Positions 25,795-33,886 of a stretch of DNA of 64,000 nucleotides are shown here, one piece after another. Under the pieces are notes generated by a model that was not told the origin of the DNA, ran no database searches, and saw nothing but the letters and a program-made list of their open reading frames with translations. Source of the stretch: an uncultured Candidatus Rokubacteria bacterium (GTDB lineage: Bacteria > Methylomirabilota > Methylomirabilia > Rokubacteriales > CSP1-6). Positions within the stretch are counted from its first letter, which is position 1. Every line of letters begins with the position of its first letter. The stretch spans positions 1,510,451 to 1,574,450 of the forward strand of contig CAVUPM010000001.1 of NCBI GenBank assembly GCA_963743355.1, read 5' to 3'. The position numbers and the translations under genes were made by a program.

Positions 25795-27156
25795 ATGGAA
25801 GCCGCCAAAATCCTGGTCGTCGACGACGAGAAGTCGATCCTACTCCTGCTCAAGGAGGCCCTCACCCAGTGGGGGTACGAGGTCACCTGCGCCGCCTCCG
25901 CGGTCGAGGCCCTGGACCTGCTCAAGAACGGCCTCTTCGACGCCCTCATCAGCGACGTCCGGATGCCGGACATGAGCGGCCTGGATCTCTTGCGGGAGGT
26001 CCGCAAGCAGGACGAGTCGATCGAGGTCGTCATGATGACGGGGTACCCGACCATCGCCTCGGCCGTCCAGGCGCTCAAGGAGGGGGCCTACGACTACCTC
26101 TCCAAGCCCCTGATCCTGGACGAGCTGCGCCACCTCATGGCACGGATGATGGAGCGGCGCTTCCTCCGGGGCGAGGTTCACACGCTGAGGGCCCGGCTCG
26201 GTGAAGAGCTGGCCGTCAGTGACTTGGTGGGCTCCTCGGGGCCGATGCAGAGCGTCAAGGACGTCATCGCCAAGGTGGCCGTGACCGACTCGCCGGTGCT
26301 CATCGAGGGCGAGAGCGGCACGGGCAAGGAGCTGGTGGCGGCGGCCATCCACCGCCTGTCGTCCCGGGCCAAGCGCGCGTTCATCCCCGTGAACTGCAGC
26401 GCGATTCCCCAGGACCTGCTCGAGTCCGAGTTCTTCGGCCACGTCCGGGGCGCGTTCTCGGGCGCCGTGGCGGACGCGCTGGGCCTGTTCCGCGGTGCCG
26501 ATGAGGGCACGATCTTTCTGGACGAGATCGCCGAGCTGTCGCCGGCTCTGCAGGTGAAGCTCCTCCGGGTCCTCCAGGAAATGCAGGTCCGTCCCGTCGG
26601 CTCGACGAAGGCTTTCCCCGTCGACGTCCGCGTCATCGCCGCGACCAACCGCGACCTGGAGCGGGCGATGACCGACGGGAGCTTCCGGCAGGACCTCTTC
26701 TATCGGCTCAACGTCGTGCGCATCACGCTGCCGCCGCTGCGCGAGCGGCGTGACGACATCTCGGCGCTCGTGACCCACTTTCTGCGCCGTTTCAACCGCC
26801 GCTTCCACCGCGAGGTGCGCGGGGTGGCCCCGGAGGCCCTGGCGGCCCTCACCGCCTATAGCTTCCCCGGCAACGTCCGCGAGCTCGAGAACCTGATCGA
26901 GCGGGCCTACGCGATGGGCGCGCGCGAGCAGATCTTGCTGGGCGACCTGCCCACGCTGGGGCGGGCCCCCATTATCGCGCCAACCGCCACTGCGACCCAG
27001 GGGAGCCAGGCGGTGCCCACGCTGGCCGACGTCGAGCGCGAGCTGATCCTCAAGGCGCTGGCCGTCTTCAAGGACGACAAGGAGGCGGCTGCGCGGGCCC
27101 TGGGCATCTCGAGGCGGACGATCTATCGCCGTCTCAAGGAGTACGGAGTCCTCTAG
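25795..27156 (+). CDS. sigma54-dependent Fis-family response regulator (NtrC-like: receiver + AAA+ + HTH)
   Basis: Start at the in-frame ATG (MEAAKILVVDDEKS). Receiver Asp (ISDVRMPDMSG), Walker A GESGTGKE, GAFSGA sigma54-contact motif and C-terminal HTH. No histidine kinase is adjacent. Confidence 0.9.
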   Translation: MEAAKILVVDDEKSILLLLKEALTQWGYEVTCAASAVEALDLLKNGLFDALISDVRMPDMSGLDLLREVRKQDESIEVVMMTGYPTIASAVQALKEGAYDYLSKPLILDELRHLMARMMERRFLRGEVHTLRARLGEELAVSDLVGSSGPMQSVKDVIAKVAVTDSPVLIEGESGTGKELVAAAIHRLSSRAKRAFIPVNCSAIPQDLLESEFFGHVRGAFSGAVADALGLFRGADEGTIFLDEIAELSPALQVKLLRVLQEMQVRPVGSTKAFPVDVRVIAATNRDLERAMTDGSFRQDLFYRLNVVRITLPPLRERRDDISALVTHFLRRFNRRFHREVRGVAPEALAALTAYSFPGNVRELENLIERAYAMGAREQILLGDLPTLGRAPIIAPTATATQGSQAVPTLADVERELILKALAVFKDDKEAAARALGISRRTIYRRLKEYGVL

Positions 27157-27227
27157 TCACGGTCGCGCAATTCCTGCGGGGGATGGACCGCGCTCGCGCT
27201 CCACAACTGCCGTAGGCCGTCAGCCCT

Positions 27228-27246
27228 CCGTGCCGTTGCGGCACGG
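27228..27246 (+). promoter_or_regulatory. 19-bp perfect palindrome CCGTGCCG-TTG-CGGCACGG, candidate enhancer-binding-protein site
   Basis: Direct reading. Lies about 52 nt upstream of the predicted -24 element. Confidence 0.3.
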
Positions 27247-27297
27247 AATCCCGATCGTCATCGAGTAAAAACCACGTATTTACTGGTGTTTACCGCT

Positions 27298-27313
27298 TGG
27301 CACGGGCGACGCA
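27298..27313 (+). promoter_or_regulatory. candidate sigma54 (-24/-12) promoter TGGCACG-N4-ACGCA
   Basis: Exact TGGCACG at -24. The GC at -12 has canonical spacing (consensus TGGCACG-N4-TTGCW). Immediately downstream of a sigma54 activator gene and preceded by an AT-rich patch (GTATTTACTGGTGTTTAC). Confidence 0.5.
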
Positions 27314-27326
27314 ATCACCGCCGCCC

Positions 27327-28268
27327 ATGCTTGATACTGAGATCCCTCAGACGCAGCTGAGCTCGAAGCTGGAAGTGGCGATCGGCGTGAGTGTTGACCC
27401 TAACCCGGACGCGGCGATCGCGGAAGCGGCCGGTCTCGCCGGCCGTCGGCTCGGCAGCGCCAATCCCGACTTCGCGCTGGTGGTGACGGCGGGTTCGGTG
27501 GCGCGCGATGCCGTGGGCACGCTGCGCGAGGTTCTCGGACAGATTTCCGTGGCGGGAGGTGCCGCCACTGCGCTTCTCACGGATCACGGCCTCTCGAAGG
27601 AAGGCGCGCTCGTCGTCTGCGTGGCCAACGCGGACGGCGCCGCCAGCGGGGTGGCCGCCACTGCCGGTCGCAATCTGTGCGAGGCCGGACAGGCGGCGGC
27701 GCGTCTCGTGTTGGCGGGCTGGCCCTTCCGCGCTCGATATCCGCGCGGGCTGGCGTTCGCCTTCGCGCGTCCGGACGGCGGTGACGCCGCCCAGACGTTC
27801 CTCGCCGCCTGGCGGGACTTCATGGGGCCTAAGATGCGGACCGTCTGCACGGTGCTTGGCGGCGCCGCAGCGTACGGGCGCGGGGCTCCGCAGCCCCTGG
27901 CCAGCGTCGCGTGCGTCGAGGCGCCCTACGCCTCCGGTATCGGCTACACCGATGCGTCACCGACCGACGGCGTGACCCCGACCCGGGAGACGCTGGTCCA
28001 CGGCGCCGCCGACGCCATGCTCACCGCGGTGAAGCGCCTCGAGGGGCGCCCGGCGCGGCTGGTGCTGGTGATGGAGAGCGCCGCGCGCCATCGCATGCTG
28101 GGCACGGCGGTGGCCGAGGAGTGGGCGGCGATGCGCGGTGTGCTCGAGGATCGCACCCCGTGCGTTGGTTGGATCGGCGAGCACGTGGCCGCCTACGGCC
28201 GCGGCGTGCAGCCGACCGGCGCCCCGGGCGCGCTGGTGGTCGTGACACTCGGAGACGCACCGCGCTGA
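27327..28268 (+). CDS. hypothetical protein, Ala/Gly-rich, about 314 aa. Possibly a FIST-like sensor (speculative). Predicted sigma54-dependent.
   Basis: ORF 27297..28268. The start was moved to the ATG at 27327 because the predicted promoter overlaps the first 10 codons. A GTG near 27372 is an alternative start. No recognisable catalytic motifs. Confidence 0.5.
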   Translation: MLDTEIPQTQLSSKLEVAIGVSVDPNPDAAIAEAAGLAGRRLGSANPDFALVVTAGSVARDAVGTLREVLGQISVAGGAATALLTDHGLSKEGALVVCVANADGAASGVAATAGRNLCEAGQAAARLVLAGWPFRARYPRGLAFAFARPDGGDAAQTFLAAWRDFMGPKMRTVCTVLGGAAAYGRGAPQPLASVACVEAPYASGIGYTDASPTDGVTPTRETLVHGAADAMLTAVKRLEGRPARLVLVMESAARHRMLGTAVAEEWAAMRGVLEDRTPCVGWIGEHVAAYGRGVQPTGAPGALVVVTLGDAPR

Positions 28269-28272
28269 GCTC

Positions 28273-28294
28273 GAGGGGGGCATCGCCCCCCTTC
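28273..28294. terminator. GC hairpin GGGGGGC-ATC-GCCCCCC between convergent genes (bidirectional terminator candidate, no U-tract)
   Basis: Direct reading. Followed by further short palindromes (CGACG-GT-CGTCG, GCGCGCC-TGGC-GGCGCGC) and the REP-like core at 28351-28372. Confidence 0.45.
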
Positions 28295-28350
28295 GACGGT
28301 CGTCGCGCGCCTGGCGGCGCGCTCCTCCCTGCTCCCCCCAGATTCGGATT

Positions 28351-28372
28351 GCGCGGGCAAAGCCCGCGCTCG
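28351..28372. repeat. Second copy of the palindromic core GCGCGGGCAAAGCCCGCGCTCG (identical to 9758-9779)
   Basis: Exact 22/22 match. Also preceded by a CTCCCCCC run, as in copy 1. Confidence 0.6.
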
Positions 28373-28448
28373 GAGCGCGCGACTCCCCGAGAGGTTGTGC
28401 CTGCCCTGCGGTGAACGATCAGTCGTGGCCGTGAGCTTCCAGGTCGGA

Positions 28449-30056
28449 TCAGCGGGTGACGTAGCCCGCCAGGAGGTCGCGGGCGATCAGCTCCGGGTCG
28501 CGGTCGGTGGGGGGGCCGTAGCCGCCGCCGCCGGGGAGGTGGATCTCGACCAGGGAGTCGGGGGAGATCACCTGTTCGGCTTTGGGGTTGGGGGGTTGGA
28601 CGCCGTCGATCAGGACCTCGCCCTTGGCTCCGGCGTGACCGCCGCGGAAGCCGGCGGCCGGCTCGACGGTGCGATCGCACAGGACCGAGCAGACGAACGA
28701 CTCGCGCGTGTGCATACGGAACGCGATCGTCTGGCCGAGCCCGCCCCGGTATTTCCCGGCGCCGCCCGAGTCGTCGCGGAGCGCCTTGCGTTCCACCAGC
28801 ATCGGCGAGAGGTTCTCGATCACCTCGACCGGCGTGCCGAGCACACCCGAGGGGAAGGCCGTGGCGGACAGCCCGTCCTTCACGGCGCGCGCGCCGGTTC
28901 CGCCCGACGAGAAGAAAATGTGCGTGAACGGCCGGCCCTCGGCGTCCTTGCCGGAAACCTGCACGCCCCAGATGTTGGCGGAGCCCTCGGCCATGACGCG
29001 CTCGGGCAGCGCCTGGCCGAGCGCGCCGGCGATGACGTGCGGCAGGAAGTGGCCGATGACGTGGCGCGCGGCCACCGGCGCCGGGCGCGTCACGTTGAGG
29101 ATCGACCCCTCCGGCGCGCTGATGCGGATCGGCCGGAACGCGCCCTCGTTGTTGGGCACGTCGGGGCTGATGATCACCTTCACGCCGTACGTCGTGTACG
29201 CCTCGGTGTAGTTCATCACCACGTTGACGCCGCGGCGGCTGGCCGGCGAGGAGCCGGCGTAGTCGATCAGGAGATCGTCGCCCTGCACCTGGCAGCGCAC
29301 CCGGATCGTGATCGGCTCGCCGAAGCCGTCGGAGGTGATCGCGTGCTCGTACACGCCGGGGCGGAGCGCGCGGATCGCCTCCCGCATGGCGCGCTCGGTG
29401 CGGCCGATGATCTCGTCGGCCAGCGGCTCCAGGTGCTCCAGGCCGAACTCGTCCATGAACTCGAGCAGCCGCTCGCCGCCCACGGCGCCACCGGCGATCT
29501 GGGCGTGGAAGTCGCCGAGCACCATCTCGGGCAGCCGCGTATTCTCCCGGATCATCGCCACCAGCGTCTCGTTGGGGCGCCCCGCCTCGTAGAGCTTGAG
29601 GATCGGGATCTGCAGCCCTTCCTCGTACACCTCGCGCGCCTCGGCCGACAGCACGTGGCCGCCGATGTCGGCGGTGTGGCAGGTGGAGGCGAAGAACGCC
29701 ACGCAGCGGTCGCTCCGGAAGATCGGCGAGCAGATGGTGACGTCGTTGAGATGGCCGGAGGTCTTCCAGGGATCGTTGGTGATCAGCACGTCGCCCGGGG
29801 CCAGGCGCTCGGGCGGGTAGACCGCCAGGAAGTGCTTCATCGCCAGCGCCATCGAGTTGATGTGACCGGGCGTGCCGGTCACGGCCTGGGCCACCATGTA
29901 GCCGCGGCTGTCGAAGACGCCGGCCGACAGGTCTCCGGCCTCGCGCACGATCGAGGTGAACGACGTGCGCTGCAGCGCCGCTGCCTGCTCGTTGACGACG
30001 CCGATCAGGCGGTTCCAGCAGATCTCGAGCGTGACCGGATCGAGGATCGTGCTCAT
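28449..30056 (-). CDS. hyuB: hydantoinase B / 5-oxoprolinase subunit (HyuB family)
   Basis: 535 aa from MSTILDPVTLEICWNRL. Hydantoinase_B family conservation. ATG overlaps the hyuA stop (ATGA). The upstream 205 codons of the ORF are Arg-rich junk. Confidence 0.88.
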   Translation of the reverse strand: MSTILDPVTLEICWNRLIGVVNEQAAALQRTSFTSIVREAGDLSAGVFDSRGYMVAQAVTGTPGHINSMALAMKHFLAVYPPERLAPGDVLITNDPWKTSGHLNDVTICSPIFRSDRCVAFFASTCHTADIGGHVLSAEAREVYEEGLQIPILKLYEAGRPNETLVAMIRENTRLPEMVLGDFHAQIAGGAVGGERLLEFMDEFGLEHLEPLADEIIGRTERAMREAIRALRPGVYEHAITSDGFGEPITIRVRCQVQGDDLLIDYAGSSPASRRGVNVVMNYTEAYTTYGVKVIISPDVPNNEGAFRPIRISAPEGSILNVTRPAPVAARHVIGHFLPHVIAGALGQALPERVMAEGSANIWGVQVSGKDAEGRPFTHIFFSSGGTGARAVKDGLSATAFPSGVLGTPVEVIENLSPMLVERKALRDDSGGAGKYRGGLGQTIAFRMHTRESFVCSVLCDRTVEPAAGFRGGHAGAKGEVLIDGVQPPNPKAEQVISPDSLVEIHLPGGGGYGPPTDRDPELIARDLLAGYVTR

Positions 30057-32134
30057 GGCATCGTCACCACGATCGTCAGGCCGTCGTCGACGCGGCCGCG
30101 GGCGCCGGGGCCGATGACGGCGGTCGACTCGCGCTCCTCGACGATCGCGGGCCCGTCGAACGTGACGCCGGGCCCGAGCGCGTAGCGGTCGTAGACCGGC
30201 GTCTCCACCCAGCCCGAGGCCTCGGCGAACCACGCGCGACGTCTCGTCTTCAGCGCGGCGCCGGACGATCGCCCGGCGCCACCGGCGCCGCCGAACGCGA
30301 GCGGCGGTGGCGGTCCCGACACTGTTACCCGCCAGTTGAGCGCCTCGATGGGAACGCCCTGCGGCAGGCGATGGTAGAGCGCGCGGTAGGCCTCCTCGAA
30401 CGACGCGGTGATCGCCGGCAGGCTGGCCGGTGACAGCAGTCGGGCCGGGATCGGCGCCTCGACCTCGTGGCCCTGGCCGACGTAGCGCATCTCGGCGATG
30501 CGCGACACCCGCGCCGCGTCGGGCGCGACGCCGGCCCGGATCAGCAGCGCGCGGCCCTCGTTCTCCATCTCGGCGAAGAGCCGATTGAGCACGTCCCAGT
30601 CGGCGTGGTCCAGGCGCGCGCGGCCCGTCCGCACGAAGTCGAACGCCAACGGGGCAGCCAGCAGCCCCCACGCCGACATCGCGCCGGCGCCGAAGGGCAG
30701 GAGGATCCGCGGCACCCTCAGGATTCGCGCGACCTGCCAGCAGTGCACGGGGCCGGCGCCGCCGAACGCAAAGAGCGGATAGGCGCGCAGGTCGCGGCCA
30801 CGTTCGATCCCGTGGATCCGCGCCGCGGCCGCCATGCTCTCGTTGACCACGCGGTGGATGCCCCAGGCCGCCGCCGTCGGATCGAGACGCAATGGGCCCG
30901 CGACGTGCTCGCTCACCGCGTGCTCGGCCGCACCGCGGTCCAGGCGCATGCGGCCGCCGAGAAAGAACTCGGCGTCGAGGTAGCCGAGCAGCAGGTCGGC
31001 GTCGGTCACGGTCGGCTGGCGGCCGCCCAGATTGTAGCAGGCGGGGCCGGGGTCGGCGCCCGCGCTGTCGGGCCCGACCTTGAGCAGGCCCATGCGGTCC
31101 ACCCGCGCGATGGAGCCGCCGCCGGCGCCGATCTCGATCATTTCGATGACGGGCACGCGGATGGGCAGCCCCGAGCCCTTCTTGAACCGGTCGGCGCGCG
31201 CGACCTCGAACTCACGGGCCACGAGCGGCGCCCCACCGTCGATCACGCACGCCTTCGCGGTCGTGCCGCCCATGTCGAACGACAGCATGCGTGAGTCCCC
31301 GCGCTCGCGCGCGGCCTGGGCCGCGGCCAGCGCGCCGGCGGCCGGGCCCGACTCCACCAGGCGGATCGGCAGCCGGCGCGCCAGCGGCGGCAGCGCGATG
31401 CCGCCGGAGGACTGCATGACGTAGAGCTGGCCGGGCACGCCGAGACCGCCCAGCCGCCGCTCGAGATCCTCGATGTAGCGGGCCATCAGCGGCACCACGT
31501 ACACGTTGGCGGTGGTCGTCGACGTGCGTTCGTACTCGCGGATCTCCGGCACGACGTCGGAGGAGCAGGAGACGGCCAGGTGTGGCGCCGCCTCGCGCAC
31601 CAGCTCGGCCAGCCGGCGCTCGTGGGCGGGATTCAGGTAGGCGTGCAGCAGGCAGATGGCCAGCGCCTCGACGCCGGCGTCGACGAGCTCGCCGATCACC
31701 CGCCGGGCCGCCACCTCGTCGAGCGGACGCAGCACCGAGCCGTCGGGTAACAGCCGCTCCGGCACCTCCCGCCGCAAGTGACGCGGCACCAGCGGGGCCG
31801 GGGGGTCGATCAGCAGATCGTACATGTCGTAGCGACCCTCGCGCTGGATCTCGAGCACGTCGCGGAACCCCGCGGTGGTCAGCAGGGCGGTGCGCGCGCC
31901 CTTGCGCTCGATGAGCGCGTTCGTGGCCAGCGTCGTGCCGTGCACGACGGCGCGGACGCGGGCGGGGTCGACGCCGGCCTCGTCGAGGAGCGACTGCACG
32001 CCCTGCTCGACGCCGAGGGCGGGGTCCTTGGCCGTGGTGAGGACCTTGCCGACGCGGAGCGCGCCGGTACCCTCGTCGATCACGACGAGATCGGTGAACG
32101 TGCCACCGATGTCCACACCGACGCGCGCCGACAT
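30053..32134 (-). CDS. hyuA: hydantoinase A / N-methylhydantoinase A (ATP-hydrolysing)
   Basis: 693 aa. VGVDIGGTFTD N-terminal ASKHA motif and Hydantoinase_A domain. Confidence 0.9.
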   Translation of the reverse strand: MSARVGVDIGGTFTDLVVIDEGTGALRVGKVLTTAKDPALGVEQGVQSLLDEAGVDPARVRAVVHGTTLATNALIERKGARTALLTTAGFRDVLEIQREGRYDMYDLLIDPPAPLVPRHLRREVPERLLPDGSVLRPLDEVAARRVIGELVDAGVEALAICLLHAYLNPAHERRLAELVREAAPHLAVSCSSDVVPEIREYERTSTTTANVYVVPLMARYIEDLERRLGGLGVPGQLYVMQSSGGIALPPLARRLPIRLVESGPAAGALAAAQAARERGDSRMLSFDMGGTTAKACVIDGGAPLVAREFEVARADRFKKGSGLPIRVPVIEMIEIGAGGGSIARVDRMGLLKVGPDSAGADPGPACYNLGGRQPTVTDADLLLGYLDAEFFLGGRMRLDRGAAEHAVSEHVAGPLRLDPTAAAWGIHRVVNESMAAAARIHGIERGRDLRAYPLFAFGGAGPVHCWQVARILRVPRILLPFGAGAMSAWGLLAAPLAFDFVRTGRARLDHADWDVLNRLFAEMENEGRALLIRAGVAPDAARVSRIAEMRYVGQGHEVEAPIPARLLSPASLPAITASFEEAYRALYHRLPQGVPIEALNWRVTVSGPPPPLAFGGAGGAGRSSGAALKTRRRAWFAEASGWVETPVYDRYALGPGVTFDGPAIVEERESTAVIGPGARGRVDDGLTIVVTMP

Positions 32135-32169
32135 GGCGGAGAGTCTACACCGTCAGGACGGGTCGGGCG

Positions 32170-32829
32170 TCAGCGCGTCGCGGCGCGCGGCTGGTGACTG
32201 CTCGACAGCGCCGCCGCCACGCCGAGGCCGATGTACATCACGCCGGAGATCCAGCGCTCGCTGGCCAGGAAGCGCGGGCGGGCCCGTAGCCACTGCGCGA
32301 CCGTCCCCGCCGTGAGCGCGTAGCCTCCGTCGGTGACCAACCCGAGCGCGACGAAGAGCATCCCGAGCATCAGGACCTGGGTGCCGGCGTGGCCGCACGA
32401 CACGTCGACGAACTGTGGGAGGAAGGCCAGGAAGAAGAGAGCAGTCTTGGGGTTGAGCACGTTGACCACCACCCCGTCGAGGAATGCGCGGCGCAGCCGG
32501 GGCGGGTGGGCCGTGGCCGCCGCCGACGTGGCCGGGCGCTCGAGGAGCCGGCGGATGCCCAGGTAGACGAGATAGCCGGCGCCCAGGAGCTTGACCGCGC
32601 TGAACGCCGTGGTGGATGCCGCCAGCACGGCCGAGAGCCCGGCGGCCGCGGCGGCGACGTGCACGAGCGTGCCCACGTGCACGCCCAGCATCGAGACGAG
32701 CCCGGCCCGCCGCCCCTGGTCGATGGTGCGCGCCACGATGTAGAGGACCGCCGGACCCGGCGTGAGCAGCAGCAGCAGGGCCGCCAGAAGGAAGATGCCC
32801 AGACTGGCCGCATCGGGAAGGGGGATCAT
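32170..32829 (-). CDS. LysE/RhtB-family amino-acid exporter
   Basis: 219 aa, 6 TM helices. LTPGPAVLYIV N-terminal LysE motif. Confidence 0.8.
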   Translation of the reverse strand: MIPLPDAASLGIFLLAALLLLLTPGPAVLYIVARTIDQGRRAGLVSMLGVHVGTLVHVAAAAAGLSAVLAASTTAFSAVKLLGAGYLVYLGIRRLLERPATSAAATAHPPRLRRAFLDGVVVNVLNPKTALFFLAFLPQFVDVSCGHAGTQVLMLGMLFVALGLVTDGGYALTAGTVAQWLRARPRFLASERWISGVMYIGLGVAAALSSSHQPRAATR

Positions 32830-32839
32830 CGGCGCCTCG

Positions 32840-33835
32840 TCAGCGTCGGGCCACGATCACGTTCTGCGGACAGCGGCGGGGATCGTCGATGTAGTCGAGG
32901 ATGGTGAAGTACTTCGTCCAGTGTCGAAGGACGTACGCCTGCGGAATGCACGTTTCCCCCCATCCCACCATGCCCGGAAGCGGCTCGTAGCAGTACTCCC
33001 CGTCGTCGTAGGCGGAGAGCCAGCGGCGCGTGTCACCGAACATGCCGGCGATCGCCTCCGGGTAGGGAGACAACGGCCGGCGAACTCGGTCGAGCGCGGA
33101 CTGTTCGATGAAGTCGCGTGGACGGGTGGTGGCCATGAGCAATCCACCGGGCCGCAGGATTCGCTGAATCTCCTCGAGCCAGCGGACGTGCATGTCTTCG
33201 GAAAAGTGCGAGAACACCGAGAAGCTGTAGACGAGATCGAACGTCTCGGCGGGAAACGTCGTGGGCCCGGAGGAGGTGACCACCTCGAACCGACTCCAGC
33301 GATCGTGGCGCCGGCAGAGCTCGATCGCCTCCGGGCTCGCGTCGATGCCCCACAGCCGGTTCGCGTCGATGTCCCTCAAGAAGAACCGGATGATGCGCCC
33401 CCATCCACAGCCGAAGTCGAGGACGGCGCGACACGCCGGCACCGCGCGGCCGTGGTCAGCGGCGAGGGTCCGGAACAGCCGGTAGGCGCCAAACGCATGC
33501 CAGAGCGTGAGCTCGCCCGCGGCCCCCGTGAAGCGCATCTGGGTGGCGTCGTCGGGGAACCCGGGCAGGGTGTCCTCGAGCCGCCTCCGGTTGAAATAGC
33601 TCTCTCGGATAGCCCAGTACCAAAACTCGTCGTCGACGCCGGCAAACAGCCGATCAGGTGCCGCGTCCGGCCGCGGCATCCGATCACGAAGCCGCGCCAG
33701 CTGCCTCGAATGTGTTCCGTGTCGAAGCCACAGGCGGAGGGCGTCGATCCGACACCGCAGGCGAGCATGGAGGATCCAGGCGACCCGTCGCGCCAGGGTC
33801 CTGCTCATGAGGGCCCGGATCGTTCTCAGGATCAC
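32840..33835 (-). CDS. class I SAM-dependent methyltransferase
   Basis: 331 aa. VLDFGCGWGR motif I, then LRPGGLL. Confidence 0.75.
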   Translation of the reverse strand: MILRTIRALMSRTLARRVAWILHARLRCRIDALRLWLRHGTHSRQLARLRDRMPRPDAAPDRLFAGVDDEFWYWAIRESYFNRRRLEDTLPGFPDDATQMRFTGAAGELTLWHAFGAYRLFRTLAADHGRAVPACRAVLDFGCGWGRIIRFFLRDIDANRLWGIDASPEAIELCRRHDRWSRFEVVTSSGPTTFPAETFDLVYSFSVFSHFSEDMHVRWLEEIQRILRPGGLLMATTRPRDFIEQSALDRVRRPLSPYPEAIAGMFGDTRRWLSAYDDGEYCYEPLPGMVGWGETCIPQAYVLRHWTKYFTILDYIDDPRRCPQNVIVARR

Positions 33836-33886
33836 CCTGGCGATAGGCGATTATGACTCCGCCCGTGCCGGCTTCATGCCAGAAAT

